From a virus (lineage: Duplodnaviria; Caudoviricetes), in IMG/VR virus record IMGVR_UViG_3300042878_000198, positions 952 through 64,951 of that record: 64,000 bases of DNA; one strand, given 5' to 3'. The notes beneath the pieces were generated by a model, which saw only the letters and a list, made by a program, of their open reading frames with translations, did not search any database and was not told where the DNA came from. Numbering within the stretch: position 1 is the stretch's first letter; each line of letters opens with the position of its first letter. A program made the position numbers and the translations under genes. This document shows, in pieces, positions 21,011 to 30,628 of the stretch.

Positions 21011-22429
21011 TCAACCGAATCTGAACAATACGAAGTTGTTTGCACCAAGGGTACATACACAACGCTCAGATAGGAAGTTAACCTCCATTGCATCAAGGTC
21101 GCTCGTAGCGGCACCACCGGCAGAACCTGTAATCCAAGTCTTGTAACGTCTGTCTTCAGCTTCAGAAGCTCTGTAACGTACGTGCAAGAATGGACGCTTA
21201 GCGTTCTTACCCATGATTTGGTCATACACTGAAGTAGAACCTGCAGGAACCAACAAACCAGTGATGGTCCCTGTTGCAGTAGCAGCAGCAGAAGCCAAAC
21301 CACCCCGCATAGTTGGGTCGTTCAAGTACTTCCAGTCAGACTTGTAGAAGTCATAACCTCTACGGAATCCTGTGAATCCAAGGTTTAACGCCATGTCAAC
21401 ATCATTGTCAAATAGACCATAAGATGCAGCACCTGCAGCACTACCTCCATTGTATCCATTCAAGGTAGCCAACATATTGTCGATGTCGAAGCTAAGACCA
21501 CGGTTAACAAATACTACGTTCTCTTCGATAGCACCTTGCTTGTCAAGACGAGAAACGATAGTATCCCAATCAGGAAGAGTAGTTGGAGTTCCACCACCCC
21601 ATACGTTACCTCTTGCGTTAACAACGTAGAAGATACCTTCAGAACCCATCATTCCAGCAACTTTAGCACCTGAAGCGGTAGCAGCAGGAACAGCTTCAAT
21701 CATTGCAGTCTCAAGATAATCTTCGAAACGAAGACGAGTCTCGTGCTCAGATTTCAAATACCAAAGATATCCAGTTGCTCCGTTCTCAGTAGTAACTTCA
21801 ATCCAACCGATTTGAGCCATGTCAGAACCGTTAACCGCATACTTATCTTTGATGATAATAGGGTTGTTAGAATAGATGTCATCCTCAGATTCCAAAGAGC
21901 CAACCATTCCAGTAGTACCTTTCTTAAACTCAGAACCGTAAATGAATACAGTACAAGCAGTAGATACAGCGAAAGCTTGACCTGCAGCCTCATAGTAAGC
22001 AACTGTAAAAGTAGTTGCAGAAGGAACAGCAGTAACGATTGCCTTGTTGAACACCCCTGAAGAGTTGTTCTGAATCATTAAAGTTTGTCCAACACGAATT
22101 GCGATATAAGTAACACCTGAGTCAGCAACTGTAAAGGTAGCTGTATTAGAAGCAGCAGCAGCAGCTGAAGTACAAGAGGTATACTTAATGTGTAGACGAC
22201 CTTGTTCTGCCCACTTAATCTGGTCAGAGTTAGAAGGCATCTCAGCTCCAACCATTCTTAGGAAGGAAGCGATGGTTCTATTACCATAACGCTCAAATTC
22301 TTTCTCGTAGGTATCAGGTAGATACTGGTTCAAGAAATCGAAGTTGGTAATGTAGTTTGTTTGCAACGCCACTTGCTCAGCACTCGGCTGTAGAGCGAAG
22401 GTGGGGTTGTTTAATAATGCACTTGCCAT
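21011..22429 (-). CDS. Major capsid protein (472 aa)
   Basis: Follows portal and scaffold; WAEQGRLH, SEHETRLRFEDYLE and GFRRGYDFYKSDWKYLND motifs; high-expression codon bias; own terminator. Confidence 0.85.
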   Translation of the reverse strand: MASALLNNPTFALQPSAEQVALQTNYITNFDFLNQYLPDTYEKEFERYGNRTIASFLRMVGAEMPSNSDQIKWAEQGRLHIKYTSCTSAAAAASNTATFTVADSGVTYIAIRVGQTLMIQNNSSGVFNKAIVTAVPSATTFTVAYYEAAGQAFAVSTACTVFIYGSEFKKGTTGMVGSLESEDDIYSNNPIIIKDKYAVNGSDMAQIGWIEVTTENGATGYLWYLKSEHETRLRFEDYLETAMIEAVPAATASGAKVAGMMGSEGIFYVVNARGNVWGGGTPTTLPDWDTIVSRLDKQGAIEENVVFVNRGLSFDIDNMLATLNGYNGGSAAGAASYGLFDNDVDMALNLGFTGFRRGYDFYKSDWKYLNDPTMRGGLASAAATATGTITGLLVPAGSTSVYDQIMGKNAKRPFLHVRYRASEAEDRRYKTWITGSAGGAATSDLDAMEVNFLSERCVCTLGANNFVLFRFG

Positions 22430-22449
22430 TGTTTTTTAGTTTTTAGTTT

Positions 22450-23541
22450 TTACATTTTTTTTGCGCTGCGAATTCTCAGATTTCTTCCTGAGTCAGGGTT
22501 TATCGCTTTCACCTGCATTCCTCCTGTAAACTTGCCAACCTCTGGAGCTCTACGCTCCGTCATGTTTATGTTCTTGATTTTACGAGTAACATCGTCAGTA
22601 GCATCTGACAATCCTTGCTCATAAAAGAACTTGGCAAACTTCTCAGGGTTCATAGCCATGGCTAGTGACCTGTGGTATCCCGATGCGTCTTTGACCATTC
22701 CGCTTTCGTCCAAGAATTTGTTTATAAAATTCTGTGGGGTAGATTGAATGTTTTTTAACTCATTGGCATCTCCCGGTGAAAACATGATTTTCTTATCGTT
22801 GATGTTGAACTCAAATCCCTTGAAATCTTTACTAAAGACCTCATCTGTTTTTTGGTCAAACCATCTACGCTTTCTATTAGTTTCCTCCTCTATAGTCTTC
22901 GCCTCTTTAACATATTGCTTATAGCTTTCGTAAATTTCTTTTTCTTCATTAGGAACAAATGCCGAACTTGACTCAAGTGGCACGTTATATTTTTCCTTCT
23001 GAGCGTTAAAGTATTTCTTGGCCTCAGCAATTATTTTTTTTCTAGCAATCTTAACTTTCTTAACGGTAGACTCATCATCTAAATCTTCATCAAATGAATA
23101 GTCATCCATTAAAGCCTCAATATCCTCACTGTCTAATCCTTCTTGAGTAGAGGTAAGGTAATCTTTAAGAAGCTGCTCTGGGTTCATTGAATCGAAATCC
23201 TTCTTCAATTGCAAGAAATCCTCAAAGCCTCTGCCTGTTTCTTTTTTATATTTCAAATAAGCAGACACATCATCAGGAAGGGGCTCTGCGTTACTACGCT
23301 CCGAAACCAAATCATCAAGAGAATTTATCTGCTTGTTATATCTTTTACCAAGGTATGAAAGAACGTCCTCATCTTTTAAATCAACCCCAGCAGGAACTGC
23401 TTCATTAGGGATGTTTTGACCAGATGATAAGTCATTGCCATTGTTTAACAGCGACTCCTCATGCTTTTCAATCAACTCATTCTCTACCTCTCTTACCCCT
23501 TTGGGCTCGATAACGTCTAGTGACCTTACTTTGATTTCCAT
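22450..23541 (-). CDS. Capsid scaffolding protein (363 aa)
   Basis: Acidic coiled-coil protein between portal and major capsid genes. Confidence 0.7.
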   Translation of the reverse strand: MEIKVRSLDVIEPKGVREVENELIEKHEESLLNNGNDLSSGQNIPNEAVPAGVDLKDEDVLSYLGKRYNKQINSLDDLVSERSNAEPLPDDVSAYLKYKKETGRGFEDFLQLKKDFDSMNPEQLLKDYLTSTQEGLDSEDIEALMDDYSFDEDLDDESTVKKVKIARKKIIAEAKKYFNAQKEKYNVPLESSSAFVPNEEKEIYESYKQYVKEAKTIEEETNRKRRWFDQKTDEVFSKDFKGFEFNINDKKIMFSPGDANELKNIQSTPQNFINKFLDESGMVKDASGYHRSLAMAMNPEKFAKFFYEQGLSDATDDVTRKIKNINMTERRAPEVGKFTGGMQVKAINPDSGRNLRIRSAKKM

Positions 23542-23587
23542 TTTATTAGATTTTATTTTTACAAACTTAATTAATTATTTTAACATT

Positions 23588-26023
23588 TTATCGAGGTTCA
23601 AATTCTGCCAAATCAAAGCCATCCAAACTGTCCTCGTTTGATTCAAAACTCAAAGGAGGAAGATTATTCTTTCTTTGATTAATTAATTTTGATTGCTCTG
23701 TGTTCTGCTGACTAATTCTTTTACCCTTAGCATCCTCCTTCATCTTGTCCCGCTGATTGAAGTCCTGAATTTCCATGCTTCTTAATTGAAGAGTATAGTT
23801 AAACTCTTCTCTCATTAACTGAGATTTAAGCATGGCCTCATTCTTGCCCTTCTCAATATCAAATGCCACCTCAGCTTGTTTGATTTGCATTTTAGCCTGC
23901 GTTTCCATCTCTATGGTCTTCATAGCTGTTTCTGCTGCCAACTGCTGGGACTGCATTTGTTGCTGAGCAATCATGGCCTGCTTTTGCATAGCCATCTTTT
24001 CCTCACGCTCTTGAGTTTTTACTCTCTTCAGCTTTAGCAATTGATTGGCAAGTTTCAAATTACGAATCTCACGAATATCAATTGCATCCTCAAGGTTAAT
24101 GTCTCCCTTAGACAAAGCTATTTGAATGTTGGCTTCAAGCTGAGACTTCTGCTCCTCATCAGGAGAAATCTCAATGAATATACCAAAGTCATAAATATAC
24201 AAGTCCTTAATCTCATTAAGGATTGATACGTTATACTTTCCTATTTGATTTGCAAACTCATCTGCAAAGTCAGAGTACTCTAATATGTCAGCTACTCTGT
24301 ATGTCAATGCTTCTGACATTGACCTAAACATATAGATAGAACCATCAAGGATGTGTCTTGTCGCTGTGTTCGAGTTAAGGGCCGCCAACTTCTGTAGACC
24401 AACCAAAGAATTCGGGTCAGGCATAGAGCCATCTCTTGCTTCATTAAGTCCTGTTACAGACCTAATCATATCAATGTAGTGGTTCATGTTGGTAATCAAC
24501 ATCTGCGTTTTAGCAGAGCCTGAATTAGATGTGAGCTGCTGAATAGGAACTCGTGCATTGTTGAACTCTCCGTCTTGAGTATAGCTACGACCAATAACAC
24601 TACCGGTCTGGAAGTATAGTCGTAGAGCATCCTCAGGATTGTAGGCGTTGCCTGTTCCCAAGTCAATCTCATTAAGACCATCGGCATCAATGAATACACC
24701 ATCAGGCACAGTACGTGCAATGACCTGCTGTAGTTTTAGGTGGGTGACTTGAATCAAATCCGCAAAAGGAATCATCCTTCTACACAATGACTCAATAGCC
24801 CCCTTATACATACGAGGAGCACAGGCCACATAGTTTGGTAATGCGTGTTGCGATGCTGAAGTAGGACGAACCATGTTCTCAGACATCCTCCATTGCAACA
24901 ACATATTGGTACCCATTACCATGATACCTTCGTACCATACGTCAATGGTCTTCTCAATCTTCTCGAAAGTCCCTTCCTCCATCATTTCTGGCGGAGGATT
25001 AAAGGTGTCGTCCTTCTCAATTACTCTAGAGCCACCGCCTTCAAAATTCTTTTTCTTATAGACAATCTTTTTGGTGGTCTTGTAATTGAAATACAATAAT
25101 GTACAGGTGTCTCTGTAGAACATACTGTTCTCATAAAACTGAGCGACATTATAGTAGTCATACCAAGATTGACTGTACTGCGTTATTTGTTGTAAGTCTT
25201 CATTCGTGAGCGATTGGTCAATCTTCATTAGCTCACCAATAGGAAGGGTCTTTATTTCTCCCCAATAAAAACAATCTTTAAAGTATGGGTCTTCAGTATA
25301 ACTGTAAACCACATTTGCTGGGTCCACATAAGAAATCTTAACACCAGCCCCCTGAAGGAACTCATGCTTAGCTATACCAATTCCAATTACAGTTAAGTCA
25401 TAGTCTATTCTTTTTCTGATGTCATCGTAATGATTCTCATCAAAGATTGTGTTGATGGCTTCTTCCTCAGCTATCTCAATTGCAGGCTTATAGTTAAGCT
25501 GCATAAAAAGTGATAGCTCATCATCTGTTTGAGGTAACTGGTCAGGCTCCATCATAAAAGGATTTGCACCTGACTCCTCTTGAATAATCTCAAGTATAGG
25601 CTTTGCTATCATCTGTCCCTCAATCAGGTCCTGATACTTGCTTCTCTTTGCTTGAGACATAGCGTCTTGAGCGTATGCCTTAACCTTGAATAAACGGTCA
25701 GACATACCATTGACAACTACATCAATAAACTTTGGTATAATAGGAACAGGAGTCCAATCTAAATTTAAATAAGATAGGTCTCCATCAATTGCTAACTCGT
25801 TTTTATATTTGCCAATTGGCTGCTCACCTCTTGCGTATAATCGTAATCTTCTAAAATCTTGCCATTGTCCGTAGTACCTACATGAGTTTCCGTCCTTACG
25901 AAACCACTCATATTGTATAGCTTGACCTATTTGTAAACCAAAGGTATCAGATGCCTTCTCAGCATCCGTAGCTATTTGACTAGGAAAAGACACTGAATTA
26001 ATTTGGATTGTTATATTCTTCAT
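23588..26023 (-). CDS. Portal protein (811 aa)
   Basis: Follows TerL; LRLYARGEQ and GLNEARDG motifs with a Gln-rich C-terminal coiled coil (P22/crAss-like portal). Confidence 0.85.
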   Translation of the reverse strand: MKNITIQINSVSFPSQIATDAEKASDTFGLQIGQAIQYEWFRKDGNSCRYYGQWQDFRRLRLYARGEQPIGKYKNELAIDGDLSYLNLDWTPVPIIPKFIDVVVNGMSDRLFKVKAYAQDAMSQAKRSKYQDLIEGQMIAKPILEIIQEESGANPFMMEPDQLPQTDDELSLFMQLNYKPAIEIAEEEAINTIFDENHYDDIRKRIDYDLTVIGIGIAKHEFLQGAGVKISYVDPANVVYSYTEDPYFKDCFYWGEIKTLPIGELMKIDQSLTNEDLQQITQYSQSWYDYYNVAQFYENSMFYRDTCTLLYFNYKTTKKIVYKKKNFEGGGSRVIEKDDTFNPPPEMMEEGTFEKIEKTIDVWYEGIMVMGTNMLLQWRMSENMVRPTSASQHALPNYVACAPRMYKGAIESLCRRMIPFADLIQVTHLKLQQVIARTVPDGVFIDADGLNEIDLGTGNAYNPEDALRLYFQTGSVIGRSYTQDGEFNNARVPIQQLTSNSGSAKTQMLITNMNHYIDMIRSVTGLNEARDGSMPDPNSLVGLQKLAALNSNTATRHILDGSIYMFRSMSEALTYRVADILEYSDFADEFANQIGKYNVSILNEIKDLYIYDFGIFIEISPDEEQKSQLEANIQIALSKGDINLEDAIDIREIRNLKLANQLLKLKRVKTQEREEKMAMQKQAMIAQQQMQSQQLAAETAMKTIEMETQAKMQIKQAEVAFDIEKGKNEAMLKSQLMREEFNYTLQLRSMEIQDFNQRDKMKEDAKGKRISQQNTEQSKLINQRKNNLPPLSFESNEDSLDGFDLAEFEPR

Positions 26024-28269
26024 TTGTCCAATTGACTTGTTACCCCTTCGTTCTTATATTTAGCGAAGTTAATAATTAATTTCGATTCTTTTTTTTCAGG
26101 AATGTAGAGGTGTTTTTGATTTGCCATGATAGCCAGCCCTGAGCTAATACAGGCATCAAATTTAGTTCTATCATTTATGTCAAACTTAGCCCAATCCTCA
26201 AGTGTTCTGGTGAATGGCATCGTGCCCATCAAGTCTGACTCCCTGTACTTGCCCTCTGAGTCTAAGCCTACGAATTTCTCAATGTAAGACTCAATAGCTG
26301 ATGCGTGTGATTGTTTGACATCTTCAGATGAGTTTGGTATTCCGCCTAACTCTCGTTCAGTCTTTGTCAGTTTAGCAAACTGTTTGTCCGGTCTGTTAAT
26401 TGAAAAACCTCTGTAGCCCCTGTTTTTTAAGTGATACAATAATCTTGGCTTATTGTTTTCAACCAAGATAGGCATCCCGTAAAACACGCAGGCCATCAGC
26501 ACTTCTTCGAAAAATATCTCAGCAGTTTGCGGTCTTGCAATGTACTCTAGAAAGAACTCATTTACAGGGGCATCGTCCATGTGAAACTTAGTCATTCCAT
26601 GTAGCGCTCCGTTAGAACCACGTCCGCCAACCACAGCAGATATATCGTATGAATCACATCCAAATGACCCAAGATGTTCATTTCCGGGGTAGTTAATTCC
26701 ATTACGTACATGAACATTGTTTTGCATGTGTTTAGGTGGTGCCCAGCTCATAGTAAATCTACCTCTTTGGTCGGGAGTCCAAATCACCTGAGTATCCTTA
26801 ATCCCATCCTTCCATGAGAAAGAACCTCTAGTAATATAGTGCTCCTTAATCATTGAGTCGTTGTAATCAATCTGCTGATATATCTTGGTCAGGTTAAATA
26901 TGGATGACTTGCTCTCGTCTCTAAATGCGTGCGACTCTGTGCGTGGAAACTGACGATAGAATTCATTCAATGCATCTGCGTCACTCTTTAATGAATCAAC
27001 CTCAGCATCCCAATAGTCTATTGCACCGTTCTTAATTAGATTGCCGTCAACGCCTTTTATAGGGGCCGTGGGCTTCTTAAATACAGGATGACCATAGATG
27101 TCAATGAAGCCTTCCATGTTCCACTCCATGGGTATAAATAAGGCGTAGAGCCCGCTCTTAGTTTGACCGTTAGCGTTCCTGTATTTTACGTTTGAGTCTT
27201 CGTAAATGTCTTTATAGTTCTGTCCACCTTTTGAAAGCGCATTGGATGTTGAGCCCATCATGCACTTGCCAATAATCTTACTACCTAATCGTAGACAGGT
27301 CTTGGTTACACGCCAATTCTCTTTGATGTTTACAGGCTTAGTCCATTTTGCAGATTCGTCATGGGCCAAGAACAATAGCTTCTCGCCATCATAAGAGTTG
27401 TCTTCAGTGTTCTTCCAGTCTATTGATGTATCAAGTCCATCGACATCAGTATCGTCAGTCTCGTACATATTCTTTTTAGTAATCTTTGCTGCCGGAACTC
27501 TGTATGCCAACTCAGTCTTTGGCTTATCCATTCCATCCATGATAGGCTTAAAAAAGAACGGAAGACGGCTATTGATTGGAACCACCTTGTCGGTAAACAT
27601 CTTCTTTGCATCAGCACCTGTCTTTGACAAGATGCCTATACGTGCGTCCCGGGCAAGAGTACCTATGTTCACGCATTCAGATGATGACATAAAAGAGAAT
27701 CCTGAACGTCTAATCTTTAGGTATATCATGCCAAAACTTCTATTGTCGGCTCTGCAGGCTTCCCAGAATATCCAATAGATTCGATTGGCTTCACGGAAGT
27801 CGGGGTATCCAATGTCAATACTAGACCACTGTAGATACATATAATGGGAGCCTGTGATGTAGGTTTTTACTCCATTGTTCATATACCAAAATCCTTGCTC
27901 TCTTCGGTCAAACTCCTGCTCAATGTAATCCACCCACTGGTCTTTAAACTCCTTTGGTTTTTCATTCCATTGAAATATAGACTGAATCTTAAATAAATCT
28001 CTTGGCAAATCTTCTCTCTCCCAGTGCTGCTCAGCTTTTGATGCGTGTCTTTCAAAACATTTATCAGGTGTAGGCGGAAGAGCAATTTTCAATCCTGATA
28101 TCTCTACTACCTGTCCTATCTTGCCGCTCTTAGATATCACAATGACATCGTACTGCTCGTTATACCCGTACAGCCAAGACATCACTCTATTCTTGTTAGA
28201 GATAACTGCAGGAGGAATGTAATCCTTTACTACCCTACACAGACTATTGTTTTGACCTTCGCTCTGCAA
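26020..28269 (-). CDS. terL: Terminase large subunit (start codon uncertain, TTG)
   Basis: Walker A LKIRRSGFS, Walker B LAHDESAKW, MGST coupling motif, nuclease motifs GCDSYD and ILVENN. Confidence 0.9.
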   Translation of the reverse strand: MQSEGQNNSLCRVVKDYIPPAVISNKNRVMSWLYGYNEQYDVIVISKSGKIGQVVEISGLKIALPPTPDKCFERHASKAEQHWEREDLPRDLFKIQSIFQWNEKPKEFKDQWVDYIEQEFDRREQGFWYMNNGVKTYITGSHYMYLQWSSIDIGYPDFREANRIYWIFWEACRADNRSFGMIYLKIRRSGFSFMSSSECVNIGTLARDARIGILSKTGADAKKMFTDKVVPINSRLPFFFKPIMDGMDKPKTELAYRVPAAKITKKNMYETDDTDVDGLDTSIDWKNTEDNSYDGEKLLFLAHDESAKWTKPVNIKENWRVTKTCLRLGSKIIGKCMMGSTSNALSKGGQNYKDIYEDSNVKYRNANGQTKSGLYALFIPMEWNMEGFIDIYGHPVFKKPTAPIKGVDGNLIKNGAIDYWDAEVDSLKSDADALNEFYRQFPRTESHAFRDESKSSIFNLTKIYQQIDYNDSMIKEHYITRGSFSWKDGIKDTQVIWTPDQRGRFTMSWAPPKHMQNNVHVRNGINYPGNEHLGSFGCDSYDISAVVGGRGSNGALHGMTKFHMDDAPVNEFFLEYIARPQTAEIFFEEVLMACVFYGMPILVENNKPRLLYHLKNRGYRGFSINRPDKQFAKLTKTERELGGIPNSSEDVKQSHASAIESYIEKFVGLDSEGKYRESDLMGTMPFTRTLEDWAKFDINDRTKFDACISSGLAIMANQKHLYIPEKKESKLIINFAKYKNEGVTSQLDK

Positions 28270-28537
28270 ACCCTTGTTTGGTATCTGTTCTACTTATGCC
28301 TTTGTCAATTGAATCTAAGTTTTCCTTCTCTGATTCTATTCTGTTTAGAATCTCAAAGGCATCGAATATAGCTAACTTTTTGGTGGCGGCTGCATTCTTT
28401 AATCTGTCAGCAGCAAGCTCACCTTCCTCATCCTTACTTTTTACTACGGTCTCTTCAGCAACCTTGATTAATTCATCAACGGCCTTATATCCTGCAGCAA
28501 TAATTCTGAGCTTTATTTCTTTGATATCTTTCATCAC
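28244..28537 (-). CDS. Putative terminase small subunit (97 aa)
   Basis: Helical protein immediately upstream of and overlapping terL; ends GFAERRSKQ. Confidence 0.55.
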   Translation of the reverse strand: MMKDIKEIKLRIIAAGYKAVDELIKVAEETVVKSKDEEGELAADRLKNAAATKKLAIFDAFEILNRIESEKENLDSIDKGISRTDTKQGFAERRSKQ

Positions 28538-29007
28538 TTAGACTTTAAGAACGCAACCTGAATTAATCTAGCTGACTCCTCTTCTCCAAAGTTTTCAAAT
28601 ATGTTTCTGGAGTGCAATAGGTTTGATTCAAACGCAACCATACGATTGAATTTAGAATAGACCCTGATTAGCGGCTTCTTCTCTTCATCGTATATTGTTG
28701 TTCCGTCTTCACTTGGAGACTCCTCATTCAAATACAATATGCAAGTTAGGTCTCCCATCATTTCATCGCTATGGATAAAGTTAGGTTCCTGCTGATTTAA
28801 CGGGGACTTCCTTACGAAGTTAAGCTCTACCTTATAATCAGGAAATAGTTTAGATACAAATTTGGCAAAGTCATCGTTGTCTCCTCTAGGCTGTATGTTT
28901 CTGAATATGTGCTGCTTATCGGCCACGTCCTGAAAACCGTGTAGGTGAATGTCTGATACATAATCTTTTGGATTTTCTAATACGTTATCAAATGTGATTA
29001 GGCTCAT
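28534..29007 (-). CDS. 2OG-Fe(II) oxygenase (DUF6445-like)
   Basis: HxD (IHSD), CILYLN, GTTIY, NRMVAF, distal His (LLHS) and RLIQV Arg: the DSBH facial-triad pattern. Confidence 0.8.
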   Translation of the reverse strand: MSLITFDNVLENPKDYVSDIHLHGFQDVADKQHIFRNIQPRGDNDDFAKFVSKLFPDYKVELNFVRKSPLNQQEPNFIHSDEMMGDLTCILYLNEESPSEDGTTIYDEEKKPLIRVYSKFNRMVAFESNLLHSRNIFENFGEEESARLIQVAFLKSK

Positions 29008-29567
29008 AATCTGATTGTTATTTGATGGTCATACATCCGATAAAGCTTTTCCTCATCCACAGTAAATTCATATTCACTGTCAGGGCTAAAGCAAACCGTG
29101 TCCCCAGCTTTGATGCCTTGCGTTAAGAGGTACTCATTTGGGTACTTCATAATGCCCATGAGAGGCTCTTCACTGAAAGGTTTTTTGATGTAGCTTTCTG
29201 TAGCTGCTATTGGCTTAATAAAGCAGTAGCGGTCATAGGCGTTCCAGTTACCATTCTGCTTGTACATAAAGAACTGCTCAGTTTCTATAAAAAATAAATC
29301 ATCCTTAAAGAATGACTTACCACTTTTCTGACGACCCTTTATGTCGTTGTAAAACTTAAATACATTATGATGAACTAGTAGGGTATCTCCAATTTCAATT
29401 GGGCCCTTGTATTGCAATGGAAGCTCAACGACTTCTGCAAACCGATTGGAGAACTTGTGGTCCTCTTCAGAGGTACTAACAATAAAATCAATCCCTCCTA
29501 TCTCTTTTGTGTTATCGTACCGCTTTCCATTCACAGGTTTTGCTATGAAATAGAACGGAGACCTCAT
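29004..29567 (-). CDS. GroES-like (double co-chaperonin fold) protein (187 aa)
   Basis: Two GroES-like halves: AEVVELP...IGDTLLVHH and CFIKP...GIKAGDTVCF...YEFTVDEEKLYRM. Confidence 0.6.
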   Translation of the reverse strand: MRSPFYFIAKPVNGKRYDNTKEIGGIDFIVSTSEEDHKFSNRFAEVVELPLQYKGPIEIGDTLLVHHNVFKFYNDIKGRQKSGKSFFKDDLFFIETEQFFMYKQNGNWNAYDRYCFIKPIAATESYIKKPFSEEPLMGIMKYPNEYLLTQGIKAGDTVCFSPDSEYEFTVDEEKLYRMYDHQITIRL

Positions 29568-29794
29568 TAGATATTTATGTTATATTCAATAGAAATGGGA
29601 ATAGTAGAGGTGAACTCCTTCCAGAGTACCACCTCTAACTTGTCGTTTATAATGAAGATTTGAATAGAATTCTTATCAGAGTTGACCCTGATTAAATGGA
29701 TTTCGTTGCTATCACCTAGAACCTTCTGCCCTACGAGGTAGTGCATAGCACCACCTTTGTAGTCAGGCCCTATTGATATTTTACGAATTTCCAT
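29567..29794 (-). CDS. Hypothetical protein (75 aa)
   Basis: Translationally coupled ORF (IRKISIGPDYK...MHY). Confidence 0.7.
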   Translation of the reverse strand: MEIRKISIGPDYKGGAMHYLVGQKVLGDSNEIHLIRVNSDKNSIQIFIINDKLEVVLWKEFTSTIPISIEYNINI

Positions 29795-30192
29795 TACAGT
29801 TCTTCTTCCTGCTCTTCAATAAATGGAATCCCTGTAGTCCAATCCTTGAGGAATAAAAATCCCTCTAGACCATTTGTATTGATAACTTCAATAGGCTTGA
29901 AATCAAATTCCTTCTCATTCAAGTCTTGAATGTTTTTGGTCAAGTTTTTAAGCCCTTCCTTATTGAATTTGTATTCTCCCTTTTCGTCTAACAGCAAGAT
30001 GCCCTTGTCATCAGTTGCTGCGTTGTCCAATCGAAACTCATCACGCTGAGCGCCATAGGACTCATGATGAGCCTTGAACTTCTCATAGATTTTAAAGAGC
30101 TTCTTCTGGATTTTTGTTTCCTGACCACCAATGACTGCATTGATTGAACCTACTAGAAGGTTGAGGTCCTTGTACTTTTTCTTGATTTCCAT
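29794..30192 (-). CDS. Hypothetical protein (132 aa)
   Basis: ORF with its own -7-like box (TAGCTTTA, 30215-30222). Confidence 0.65.
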   Translation of the reverse strand: MEIKKKYKDLNLLVGSINAVIGGQETKIQKKLFKIYEKFKAHHESYGAQRDEFRLDNAATDDKGILLLDEKGEYKFNKEGLKNLTKNIQDLNEKEFDFKPIEVINTNGLEGFLFLKDWTTGIPFIEEQEEEL

Positions 30193-30219
30193 ATTTAATT
30201 TGATTTAAGTTTCGTAAAG

Positions 30220-30567
30220 CTAAACAATCTCTCCTTCTTCTGCAATAGCCTGTTCAACAATCGGAGTAGGCTCAGGAGATGGTGGTACAGGCGGTAGATA
30301 GTCACCAGTGATGGTTAGGTTCAGCTGTGCTGCTACCCAACTCCATGCATAGGCATCGATTTCCCATTGAGTGTATGCTTCACCAGTCATGCTCAAGTTT
30401 CCTTGTGCCACTTGTTGAGATACATACCCCTCTGCTGTTTGAGAAAGTAGTTGATAATAGAATGTCGCACTTGTTCCTAGTGTAACATTTACAGCGTAAG
30501 CGTTCAAGATTGTAGCTTCTACTGTTTGTCCGTTGTCCCAGATTGCTACTGGAGAGATTGTTTTCAT
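30220..30567 (-). CDS. Tail-fibre-associated/assembly protein (115 aa)
   Basis: Follows the tail fibres; GNLSMTGEAY.QW...AW.WVAAQLNLTI motif. Confidence 0.55.
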   Translation of the reverse strand: MKTISPVAIWDNGQTVEATILNAYAVNVTLGTSATFYYQLLSQTAEGYVSQQVAQGNLSMTGEAYTQWEIDAYAWSWVAAQLNLTITGDYLPPVPPSPEPTPIVEQAIAEEGEIV

Positions 30568-30599
30568 TTGTTTGTTGTTTATAATTATTTAATCATTTA

Positions 30600-30628
30600 C
30601 GATGTCCCCGTATTCTTGCTCATTAGTT
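30600..30628. repeat. 29-bp direct repeat, copy 1 (copy 2 at 33275-33303)
   Basis: CGATGTCCCCGTATTCTTGCTCATTAGTT is identical at both sites. Confidence 0.95.

Noticed and set aside
21001-21303. Alternative-frame ORF over the capsid C-terminus as a possible frameshift extension
   Set aside because: It ends only 10 nt past the capsid stop, runs into the terminator, and has no clear slippery site.
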